Below are positions 10,701 to 19,039 of a stretch of 20,000 bases of DNA, one piece after another. Origin of the DNA: Halocafeteria seosinensis (lineage: Eukaryota); NCBI GenBank assembly GCA_001687465.1, contig LVLI01000549.1, forward strand, positions 48,515 through 68,514, written 5' to 3'. A program made the translations under genes and the position numbers. The notes beneath the pieces are model-generated. The model had not been told where the DNA came from. It saw only the letters and a program-made list of their open reading frames with translations, and ran no database searches. Numbering within the stretch: position 1 is the stretch's first letter; each line of letters begins with the position of its first letter.

Positions 10701-11156
10701 AAGTGAGTCGTATCCATAATCAGATAATTCACTCAGAATCAGCACACTGTGGTAGGGCCGTCTCCTTGCATACTGCGCAATAAACCACGCTATATCTTCT
10801 TTATGCGCCCAGGGGCACCGTAGAATCAGCACCAATCTCTCACGAGTACGAGTGCTCCCTTCCGTTGCTCCCCTGTGGTGTGTGGCCTCAATATCGCCCT
10901 TATCCAGGTCATTTTCCTGTAGCTCCGGCGCTTCTAAGGCCTCCATAAACACGGATCGTATAGATTGGGGACCCCCTTCGGGGTCCATTGCATACAAAGA
11001 CTGTATAAGTGCTGCATGAGCGCTTCTCTGGGCGTGTATATCGTGGTCATCGTGTAATATCACACGAATATCGACTTGCTCGGGTTGATCTTCCTCCGAA
11101 AACAGGAGCGATGGCGTGATAGAGACACTATGATGATGATGATGGTATTGTTCCAT
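7773..11156 (-). CDS. Divergent Sec1/Munc18 (SM) family protein, SCFD2/MIP3-like; 1127 aa
   Basis: Uninterrupted 3.4-kb ORF; first ATG at 11156 (the ORF track starts at a TTG at 11162). SM-family motifs: AALILLDRSLDLVGPL (about 9920-9965) and C-terminal TIVVFITGGVS...VIIISSHL (about 7810-7945). An acidic W-containing segment (DEDWEESWSQWSEEE) and the HP before the last motif recall SCFD2/MIP3. Subfamily assignment is from motif recall, not a search. Confidence 0.75.
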   Translation of the reverse strand: MEQYHHHHHSVSITPSLLFSEEDQPEQVDIRVILHDDHDIHAQRSAHAALIQSLYAMDPEGGPQSIRSVFMEALEAPELQENDLDKGDIEATHHRGATEGSTRTRERLVLILRCPWAHKEDIAWFIAQYARRRPYHSVLILSELSDYGYDSLHRANHHPHQSKDDKESEGGHRHAYSHRQREDLESDSRRHHEADTGEVLPFLRFLEVSAQKYLEEQEEGGGLHERDREEEGKNVAVPTVSVRFVVLPQSCIASVDGGNPGEKTKNDSSGVYGLHWPEEVSMFSSMRARFLTCMFVEDIGKRNRPAFSSIRDKDSVKSLYDISPSDLPTPLVQEMKYIGHILLCEMHRRNLDISGKGACFGMGRLSTWIGNCVMQQAFEDPSFSKRHEHSSNSHLESAALILLDRSLDLVGPLLQPHSGGSSSNKDTNPISIRNVSSNLLNQVWSFWEYAAEKRHSFGVHATSDNWRRVHTTAWLPILREQVSEESLGAVAVDGSVLKAWDSVFYSNNPLSGEEIYEDVAKHMLYHLFRSYWRFGPSLFSAQDQLNCHFRYLICLSGIEKALDYLIQFLVEYLGIHDEASELGVRIEHDGTWGIILETTRDANSELVLLESIIRTACIKSGQKSTKLEQLTKLWFTLVRKPQASRIANGNVISFIQSILISQMEIPIWNYLAYPAQRIDRYPRDETEENYDLSAILPFLMQTKDQLHGQAGGFLLDPWMVVLDLVYQYIESRWYELAGTASEKKSEARVPSFGTIVHSILLVASMHGESVALADQEHLNVDKKTVQGHTFFVALKCIGTAMLLAKHTEVDRWFPGSKHQLEQLHALSSVVNPLERIIEKCKTIKSFLSSDKFAELTPEFFDSNADEKDVPDEDWEESWSQWSEEESEERQDQHDENDSTLQKIRLIQKGLENNVVRKWLRKSIEVSHMRKNMREFAQEASNADSSLEESPLTDFSCLSGLRFSLNSLQEPYSPYFARLVDLILNNDSEEIPELVQLGSKAQQLSRATAQAAYATIGAAESFVKRGVGALSSTFGEAFKSSLHDTAGKFLGSTVGSVKQHMTSWKSHPANFSTIVVFITGGVSAIDVASLEALRRKAENKYFGSGKRVIIISSHLCSNVSILHDFTCA

Positions 11157-11202
11157 CTTCAATTAGTTTATATACCATAATAATAATCAGTGTCCATTGA
11201 CA

Positions 11203-14200
11203 ATGGCATCATTTTTATCGTCATTATTGGGCTACCACGATGAAACAGGGTCCTCTTCCTCGGAAGAGGACCAAGATAAAGTGAATGCACATGCACATGC
11301 ACAAGGGGAGGAGGAGGAGGAGGTTTATGATGATAAGGAGGCAGATACCGGCAGCTATTTGGCCGCCCAACAGCGGCCAGTGGATGAAGAGGGAGACGAA
11401 GGGGAAGGAATGACAGTGGCTTACGCGAAACTACACTATCTGAGCTGGAGCAATGAGCCGTATATACACGAGAAGGCGGCCAACCCTCATTGGCAGATAT
11501 TTTTGGCTTCCCCTCCTCCTGCTCCTCCTCCTCCGGCGCGACAGGAACAGCAAGAGGAGCGCAGGAAGGAGTATGACTCTGTGTTGGTGGAAATCGGCAC
11601 GACATATATTACGGAGAACCCGGTAGCGGAGAAGGAATGTCGACACAAGCAGCCATTGGCAATACTTGTTAAGCGCCCAAGGACGACAGTTCCAAACGGA
11701 AGCTCAGATAGGGGTGCCAAATATAGTGGCGACATTGACCAGGAGCTAATCATTCACTGGCATCCGGAGGGGCAGCAATTCGCAGTCGAAATCGTTTCAC
11801 AGAAGTGCTGCCTGTTATTTAGTATCGGTAAAGAAGGACCGACGATCATGGAGCGACTACAAAAGGCCAGCTATACGACTACCTTAACAGCAGTGTTTGG
11901 ACCTGTGGAACGAACTTACTCTCCCTTGTGCTTAACTTGCTCTACGTTTGCTCTAGGAGACATTCAATGCTGTGGATTCTCTCGTTCTGGCTTCTCAATA
12001 GTCCAAAGTACTAGTTGCAAAAGGGAATCTGATAAATGTTGCCTAGTAATGGGGCATTTGGCACGTTTTGAATTAGGATCTTTGGAAGTATCGGTAAAAA
12101 GAGATATTGTGTTGGGATCTATCGTGCTACGCCAGCATACCCTCTTTCGTGGAGCTGATGTAGACATAAACGGACTGAGGCTTGTGCGAATGCTTCCTTT
12201 AGATGAAAATATTGCCCTTCTTGTAACGTCGAGCGGGAATCTATTCTTTATTGATATGGCCCGGGAGCGTGGGGGGTACTCTCCACAGCTACACGATCCC
12301 CGAGGTCTCCACCGCCACTTGTTAAATGGTGCTAGCAAACGGATACAAGGACATGCTAGCTCTGGCAAAACCGAAGACTCATATATTGGTGCGACGTTTC
12401 TACAAGGCAAAGCAAAGAGAGTAAACAAGGAAGCTCAACTCTATCAAGTGGAAGCGATTGGTATTGCAGGGAGAGATATCGTCATTGCAAACGACCAACG
12501 GCAAGTTTCCTTCATTAGTTTCGATAACTTACTCCATCATCTTCGGACTCGCTCGGACGCCAATAATGGTTTTGACAGTGGAATGTGTGAAATGCCCCGA
12601 GAAAGATGTTCCGTACGGCTCCCCAAGGTGCCTGTGAGTGCCTTCTTTCGGATCCATGGATGCCGAACCATTGTCCTGGGAAATCTTTGCTGTAGCGTGG
12701 CAAGCGTAGGACCTTTCACCGTTGCATGCTCTTTGGATGGCCAAACTATTCTGGAACGTGCCATTCCCAAGAACTATTCGAACTGCTCCCGCAACTTAAT
12801 GTCATTAATATCTAGACGGGGCTCAGTGCATGCTGTAGATCTCGAGCAATTGGGCCTTGAATTGCTGGACTATGAGACAGCAAATTTGTTTTCCATTTCC
12901 TCGAAACAAAGCCTTGTCTCTCGGAAACTATATGCCTACGAGTACTCTTCAGTCGCAAGCTGCATACCTTCGGCGACTCTCTGTTCGTTTCAAGCACACC
13001 CTACCCCGACAATATTCGATGCGGTGAGTGATCAATCTGAACACGGAACAAACGGTTCAACAGATCTTGCATGCACGTTCCATTTCCTGGATGATGACTG
13101 GAAGCATGCCGCGCGTCTAAACGATATTGAGCCTCACTCTCCACGGGCCATTAGTGAATTTATATCTGGATTTTTCGGTAATGTGGACCTCGTGTTACGT
13201 AACCATGTAGGTCACGTTGTTATTTTAACCAGCCGACAGGTGGTCATATTGCTTCCGGAGAAGGAATTTGGTCTCGCAAGGTTTTCCAACGTAGCCGTAG
13301 CAACTAATAACCCGGCATCAAGGAAGGGCATCTGGCTGCGAGGAACAACGTTACTCATTGAAGAACAGTCCGCATTTGGTCACACCCTGTATATGTTGGA
13401 ACTGGATCGCTTAGGGCAGACTGCGCGTTCATCCTCAAGTGCTAACGCTCCTAAGTGCTGCAGTTGGAAGGGGTTAAGAATAGTGAGTTTGGCTATCGGT
13501 AATTCGTTGTCGTTGCTACATAATAATGCTTTGAAGGAGGAAGGACAGTTTCAAGAAGCTCTGCTTCTTATGTCGTCGGAGTCTCTATTACCAAGCTCGA
13601 AGGACTCTCGGAGCACACATGGTGATAGTGCCGGAAATTTGCAAATTGCATCAGTGCCACTAAATTCGACTAGTGTGGAAGAGCTTACAGTCGCCGCTTC
13701 ATGGTATTTTAGTCGAGATTTAGCTCGCTACTGCTTCTTGACTCCACGACATGCCGCGTGTACTCTGTATGAACCAACTGTTGATGGCTCAATCTGTGGT
13801 CTCTATGCTATAAGAGATGAGGAGGGCCTTCTACAACTAGTGGACATCTTTAGAGGTACTTTTTCCGGTGCCACAAACCTCGGATACAGTCTGCTAACAG
13901 ATTCCACGCGTTTCTTGCCACTAGATCCTTCCCTCAGTCGTCTCTCCTTGGGGATGCTTATTTGGTTCGACCGGATCCAACGTCGATTTCAAGTCGCTTT
14001 TCTAAGGGCAGATCAGAGCCACTACATGCTGTCCCACGCTGACAGCCTCGTTAAGGAGGTGGCAGCGGTACGGGATAAGCGCTTGCCAAAGCTAGCCTTG
14101 ACCTCTGTAGAATTGTATGTGGAAGACAGTCAAGCATCACTGTACAGTATCTTCAAGTGTTCCTCGGGGGTTGAATACCGAATTTGTTTGGGAGGATTCC

Positions 14201-15054
14201 TTCTGGTCGCTTCCGTTTATGCAAACGAGTTCCACCTAGCGACAAGGCTCCTCGCAACACTGGCCACTCGCTCTGGGAACCCGTCGCCAGAAGAACTCCC
14301 CCCTTCTTTCCAGGGCTCGCCTGATACCTTACTCGAGCACTGTATAGTTCGGATCGAGGACTTTTTGTATGAGGGGTTGAAAACAATTTTTAAAGGCCTG
14401 CAAACTTCCGTCATTACCGAACGCAACTACTCGTTCGAACAGTGGCTCGTAGAGTCAGTTTTGTGGCCGTTTTTCCAAACTAAGATTCCTCTTACCCTTG
14501 AACAAATTGGTGAAGCGGCAGTAGCTCCATACTACAAGTACAGAATGTGCTCCTTGTTCTACTCATGGATATCAGTATTGGGTTTGCTGAAACACTTTTC
14601 GAGGAGGATTCAATTGGATATAGTAACGAAGTTAGCAAGAAAATGCGAGTACACGAAGCTACTGTTGCTGTTCCCGTTTGTGGGCTCACCCGCCAGTTTG
14701 CTCACAGAATGTTTGGAGGGTGGGTTTTTTGACGTCGCGAGCCGTCTTATATTACTCGTACAGGAGTTTACTACTGTTGTTGTTGAAAAAGCTTGTGTTA
14801 ACTCCTCAGCGTTTATTCAATCGGAAAAGCACCAGTTAGAATCATCAACTGGTGATTGTAGTCCCAGCCTAGATTCTGGGGACTTCAACGAACAACACAT
14901 AGCCCTGGTACTGGCTTTCAAGGCCGCTCGTCTTCTAGAATGGGAAATGCGAATTCACTCGGGGGTACAGGAGAATTCACAAGAGCTACTTGAGCAAGTT
15001 CAGGATTATGCATCCCGGCTAGAACGGGCTGCCGAAGTTGAGATGAATTCATAG
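11203..15054 (+). CDS. RIC1: Divergent RIC1-domain protein (subunit of the Ric1-Rgp1 GEF for Rab6/Ypt6); 1283 aa
   Basis: Uninterrupted 3.85-kb ORF; first ATG at 11203 (the ORF track starts at a TTG at 11197). The C-terminal segment LDIVTKLARKCEYTKLLLLFPFVGSPASLLTECLEGGFFDVASRLILLVQ (about 14614-14763) fits the RIC1 domain pattern (xxARKxE...LF..VG.P..LF.ECL......A...L.I.Q). The upstream part is rich in short beta-strand-like segments, compatible with beta-propellers. Confidence 0.72.
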   Translation: MASFLSSLLGYHDETGSSSSEEDQDKVNAHAHAQGEEEEEVYDDKEADTGSYLAAQQRPVDEEGDEGEGMTVAYAKLHYLSWSNEPYIHEKAANPHWQIFLASPPPAPPPPARQEQQEERRKEYDSVLVEIGTTYITENPVAEKECRHKQPLAILVKRPRTTVPNGSSDRGAKYSGDIDQELIIHWHPEGQQFAVEIVSQKCCLLFSIGKEGPTIMERLQKASYTTTLTAVFGPVERTYSPLCLTCSTFALGDIQCCGFSRSGFSIVQSTSCKRESDKCCLVMGHLARFELGSLEVSVKRDIVLGSIVLRQHTLFRGADVDINGLRLVRMLPLDENIALLVTSSGNLFFIDMARERGGYSPQLHDPRGLHRHLLNGASKRIQGHASSGKTEDSYIGATFLQGKAKRVNKEAQLYQVEAIGIAGRDIVIANDQRQVSFISFDNLLHHLRTRSDANNGFDSGMCEMPRERCSVRLPKVPVSAFFRIHGCRTIVLGNLCCSVASVGPFTVACSLDGQTILERAIPKNYSNCSRNLMSLISRRGSVHAVDLEQLGLELLDYETANLFSISSKQSLVSRKLYAYEYSSVASCIPSATLCSFQAHPTPTIFDAVSDQSEHGTNGSTDLACTFHFLDDDWKHAARLNDIEPHSPRAISEFISGFFGNVDLVLRNHVGHVVILTSRQVVILLPEKEFGLARFSNVAVATNNPASRKGIWLRGTTLLIEEQSAFGHTLYMLELDRLGQTARSSSSANAPKCCSWKGLRIVSLAIGNSLSLLHNNALKEEGQFQEALLLMSSESLLPSSKDSRSTHGDSAGNLQIASVPLNSTSVEELTVAASWYFSRDLARYCFLTPRHAACTLYEPTVDGSICGLYAIRDEEGLLQLVDIFRGTFSGATNLGYSLLTDSTRFLPLDPSLSRLSLGMLIWFDRIQRRFQVAFLRADQSHYMLSHADSLVKEVAAVRDKRLPKLALTSVELYVEDSQASLYSIFKCSSGVEYRICLGGFLLVASVYANEFHLATRLLATLATRSGNPSPEELPPSFQGSPDTLLEHCIVRIEDFLYEGLKTIFKGLQTSVITERNYSFEQWLVESVLWPFFQTKIPLTLEQIGEAAVAPYYKYRMCSLFYSWISVLGLLKHFSRRIQLDIVTKLARKCEYTKLLLLFPFVGSPASLLTECLEGGFFDVASRLILLVQEFTTVVVEKACVNSSAFIQSEKHQLESSTGDCSPSLDSGDFNEQHIALVLAFKAARLLEWEMRIHSGVQENSQELLEQVQDYASRLERAAEVEMNS

Positions 15055-15128
15055 CGCACCACCAAAGGAGACTAGAACGGGCTGCCGAAGTTGAGATGAA
15101 TTCATAGCGCACCACCAAAGGAGACTAG
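15019..15128 (+). repeat. Perfect 53-bp tandem duplication (2 copies plus terminal CTAG) spanning the RIC1-like stop codon
   Basis: ctagaacgggctgccgaagttgagatgaattcatagcgcaccaccaaaggaga at 15019-15071 and identically at 15072-15124, followed by ctag at 15125-15128. Confidence 0.97.
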
Positions 15129-15620
15129 CATGTATATGTATATATATCCAGTCTACCAAACGACTTGAAAAGCAACGGAATATGGGAACTTCGTTTGTCA
15201 GAACTCAACAGTTTTGGTATAAAGAGTATGGAAAACTGGTGGAGCAGAGATACGTCCAGTCCTCGTTACGATTGTGGTAGCTTCTTCGTCCACTTCTGAT
15301 CATCTTCGTCGCCACTGTGTCACGTCCTCGGAACGTCGGGATCTCATCTTCCTTGAAATAACCTCCCGATCCTATTGAGCACTAAACTGCCAGCTAGCCA
15401 CGCCCACGCGGGTGTGCTGAGGACAAGATTGCTGAAGTACGGATTTGTGCCAATGCTTTCAACAAGCGGTGAATAATACGTAAATGCATTTATCAAGCTA
15501 CTGCTTTCCATATAAATATAGAACGCCGCTGTGGCTTTTGCAGTTGTAATACATTGTTGTTGTTGGTCCGCAATCTGAAAGCTACTGTACTGCTATGATA
15601 CACGATGTGTGTAACCGTTC

Positions 15621-17086
15621 TTAGGCCGCCGCCAACTTAATTTGCTTTAATTCCTCCTTTACCTGGTCTCCTGCTTCGATGGGAGGATACTGTTTAGCAA
15701 CTTCTTCATTCTCACCAAAGGAACCTACGGGTTTGAGCACCTGGTCCGAGTGGATGTGTCCGAACAAGGTGCTGGAGATGCGCCATAGCGGTCTGCCTGC
15801 CTCTTTTGCTCTCTCAATCGCCTTTAATGTTTCGTCTACCACAACCACTTCATGAAAGCCAGCAAGAACATAGCCACCCGTTAAGTATTCAAACTGCTTT
15901 CCCGCTTGAACGAGCAGACATCCATCAGGTACGCGCACGAGGACCTTTTTCCCACCCCTGGTCCAAATGTAAAGTCCCGGATATCTTGATTTGCCATGGA
16001 TCGTCAGAAAGTTAAGATCTGTCCAATCAATTACAACCCCACATACATGGTATATTAAAAAGATACACGTAAGAATGCTCTACGCAATAACGTACCATAA
16101 TGGAAGCCAGCGGCAACGGTACCTGTTTGGCCAAATTTATTCAAGTCGGTGGCCGTGGGAGCTGCACGAAGGGAGAAAACAGTGGCAAACATGATGCCAC
16201 GGCCATTCCGGCAAGCATATCTTGCCGCACCCGTCGCTTACCTAGTAAATGCGGCGCTTTGTCCATCATGTCACTGAAGGTTTTTCTGGGAAGACTGAAC
16301 CCCGACGCTGCCATTTCAGAAACATCTCGCACGCACTGCAGGAGTTTATTTCCCCACGTGTCCATAACTTCTTTCCATTCAGGGAATCCTTCTGGAACCA
16401 CGGCTTCGGCATTCAAATCTGCGTGCTTGCTGCTATTGGGTCGTTCTCCAATACGCCAGAAGAACCTCCATTTGGGATCCTTCTCAGGTGGACATTCGGA
16501 AAGGGGCTTGTCGGTCTCCTTGAATGCTTTCATCCGGTCACAGTGATTCTTTGGGAGTTCGGTGAAGGAGGGAGTGGTGCCCACTTGGTAACTGCACATC
16601 CAATGTACATGAAATTCGCCACAACGCTCAATTGGACCTTAAGGGGACGTACTGGTATTCTGGGTGGACATCCTTCTGCTTCTGATCATCAGGTTGACTA
16701 AAATACCTCTCAAGAGTGTCCAAAAACCTGCGTCCCATTATACATTTACTTGCGTAAGAAGCCAACAACGTGCAGGTAGGCGGAAGAAAGCGTACTACGC
16801 GCGAAAAAAATCGAACAAATGGGAAAACCTCGATTTTACACAGCACATACCTGTCATTGTCCTGAGACGAGACTCGTGGATCCTTGACAATGAGCACTCC
16901 GTACTCATGGAGCCCCTGTGCCACACGCTTGCACTCATCGTTGAGCTTTTGCTCCAGGTCTTTGCCAGGGGTTTGGCCCTCTTTCTCCGCTTGTTCATAC
17001 TGTAAGAACATATTCACGTCCACCACGGGAATACCAGCGTCGGTCTCCACAGGGAGATCCTTTGCGCGTTCGGTTGTGTTACTCAT
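15621..17086 (-). CDS. 2-oxoglutarate/Fe(II)-dependent oxygenase (isopenicillin N synthase-like fold); 374 aa
   Basis: Exons 17086-16851, 16727-16653, 16591-16242, 16161-16096 and 16018-15621 sum to 1125 nt. GT-AG introns: 16850-16728 (123 nt), 16652-16592 (61), 16241-16162 (80), 16095-16019 (77). The spliced protein reads GIPVVDV...GVLIVKDPRV...HYQVGTTP...DPKWRFFWRIG...PHLLAPTATDL...AGFHYDLNFLTIHGKSRYPGL...LLVQAGKQFEYLTGG...AGFHEVV...WRISSTLF, which gives the H-x-D...H iron triad and an R-x-S 2OG motif. Confidence 0.93.
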
Positions 17087-17745
17087 TGTGGATGAATATG
17101 AGGTTTTATTCCTTGTGTATCGACAAACTAACACGTGGAATAACCAGGAAGAACAAATGAATACCCTTACACAATGCAATAACGGACAATACTGAGAAAA
17201 CAGCAAACCCAGCAGACTGAAATAAGCCACAAAAAGGCACTCCGTTTCCTCTCTGAACAGGCAAACCAAGTGGGTCATACACGATGTCGATTGTTGCGCG
17301 GAAAGAGAGGTTGAAGTCTCGGCAGTGACTCAACCCGTCCTCCATATGTATGCCATGGGGACCCGTGGGGAAGCATTCTTAACCGAATGACTCGTAATAA
17401 GTAATATGATCTATCCTTGAGGATAATACTGTTCATTCTTGAAGCATGCTCGATCGAATTTAGCCATGATAGCAGCATAGTTCATCGGTCCGCTGGAAGT
17501 AGTGGACTTCTCACAACCGGCTCTTGTACAACATCATTCCATAATTATCTGCCTACTCAGAGCTTCGGCGTTCACTTTTAAAATCAACGCGCGCTTATAT
17601 ACACGTTTCCCTTCTAGCGTTTTTTAGTTCTTCGAGGAACGCGTCAAGAGAATAGGACGGGCCCCCACTGCTTAACACAGGCGCATACCGCTCCTCGTTA
17701 AGAGGATGCGGTCAACTTCCCGGCCGGTGGGCTATCTGTCACATT

Positions 17746-17758
17746 TGTGTGTGTGTGT
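17746..17758 (+). repeat. Short (TG)n microsatellite
   Basis: tgtgtgtgtgtgt, adjacent to the end of the decayed minus-strand reading frame. Confidence 0.8.
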
Positions 17759-17759
17759 T

Positions 17760-18509
17760 CTACTCATAGGTCGCTGTCTGAAGGGAACTCACCATCAATC
17801 TCAATTGCACTTGTTTCAACCCAATCGCAACCCAGATCCCTAGCATCTTCTTGGCGATAGTATTCAGGTCGCTGGTATTCTCTGTTGCACCCAGACGCTC
17901 GATCTGAGCACTCAATGTCCTTGTCTCCACGAGTGTTACGTCGGCGAAGGCATGAATCCTGACAGGTGCCCTTGTCGTTTTCTTTGCAGAATCGGGTACC
18001 CAGTACGTTTTCATCTGAGCTATGCGCTCAAGTGTCTGAGCAGAAAACTGTGTCTCGACTAAGTATTACAAGCAGCTGCGAGACTCGAGAAAAGGCGCTT
18101 CACGTCAGCCGGCCCAGGACAGATATTGAATAGCTTTAAGGCAAACATTTTCAAAACTTAGGTATTTGAACTGCTTTGTACCTTTTCAACAGCGTCATCA
18201 GTCGGTACTTCGGCATAGCGTACTCCTCAACTCTGTGCCTAAACCTTATCGAGCTGGCCAGCCAGTTCATCACTTTCCTCAGTAGTGCTTGTAAAGCCCC
18301 ATTGCCCTGCTACCTACAGTAGTGGTGCCGTTTTCGACCTCTTCTTCTTCTGTGCCTGCATCTTCGTGTTTCGGCCGTTGTCTTGCTCTCCGAGGGCTTG
18401 CCTTCAGCCTGACCTTGCTCTCCTATGTCGTTATCTGGGGAGAACCTGCATCTGTTCCGACGCGTTGCACATCTTCAACATCGTCATCGTACTCATCTCT
18501 AAAGTCGCT
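17760..18509 (-). pseudogene. Possible decayed coding sequence (pseudogene or transposon remnant), family unrecognised
   Basis: The purine-rich minus strand gives protein-like runs broken by stops and frameshifts: SDFRDEYDDDVEDVQRVGTDAGSPQITT*ESKVRLKASPRRARQRPKHEDAGTEEEEVENGTT; TTEESDELAGQLDKV*AQS*GVRYAEVPTDDAVEKV; FKYLSFENVCLKAIQYLSWAG*REAPFLESRSCL*YLVETQFSAQTLERIAQMKTYW...ATYE*. No homology recognised. Confidence 0.35.
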
Positions 18510-18748
18510 TTAGCCTAAGAAAGCCGCATTGACAATTTGACAGCCATGTTTTTGCTTCCAATGCTTCACAACACCGAGAAATTCAAATCCGGATTGCGGC
18601 TACCTGGTACTTGGCCGGGCTGGTAGTAAAGTTATAAGCAACCCTCGAATAATCCTGGAAAGAGTGTGGACATGCTAATTAGATTAGAGCATATTTTCGA
18701 TCGTTATAATATATCAATTATATTTATATTGCTATACCTTCTCCAAGG

Positions 18749-18808
18749 CATCCCCAGCCGGAGTCCGGACTCCATCCCTGGAGGATGGTCGCAGGGATCC
18801 CAACCAGC
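18749..18808 (+). repeat. Degenerate ~60-bp direct repeat, copy 1
   Basis: Shares blocks CATCCCCAGCCGGA (18749-18762), CCGGAC(T)TCCATCCC and ATCCCAACCAGC (18797-18808) with 19874-19929. Contains a perfect 14-bp palindrome GGAGTCCGGACTCC (18760-18773) and the stem ATCCCTG..CAGGGAT. Confidence 0.85.
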
Positions 18809-19039
18809 GGGCGACGTGCGACGCGCGCCACGGATTCTCCAAAAATTGACGCTCGAAAACAGTGATTTGAAAGCGTTTTTTTCCCGTGATTCAACTATCT
18901 GCTAAAACCGCTTTGAACGACCTTTAAATCGTTGGGGGTATAATTCAGGTAGAGACCTTGTATATTAATTTTGGCGCGCAGAGACTTGACCGCCTTGTTG
19001 ACTCCAACTTTGTATCGCGTTTTCTCCTCTTCCATAACA

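Noticed and set aside
7831..14997. Numerous 60-155 aa ORFs antisense to or overlapping the long genes
   Set aside because: They are shadow frames of real coding sequence with no independent motifs or splice support.
15019..15128. CRISPR-like repeat
   Set aside because: Two directly abutting copies with no spacer, no cas genes and a eukaryotic context; it is a simple tandem duplication.
16628..17278. 64-aa hydrophobic N-terminal extension of the oxygenase from the ATG at 17278
   Set aside because: The composition (F/L/C/V from T-rich DNA) looks like UTR or promoter sequence, and the ATG at 17086 has the acaATG context also seen at 11203 and 19040. Not fully excluded.
17687..17712. Hairpin ACCGC-TCCTC-gttaa-GAGGA-t-GCGGT containing TCCTCGT (HDV-ribozyme L3-like)
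   Set aside because: The flanking bases do not form P3/P1 or the nested pseudoknot. An isolated hairpin is not enough for an ncRNA call.
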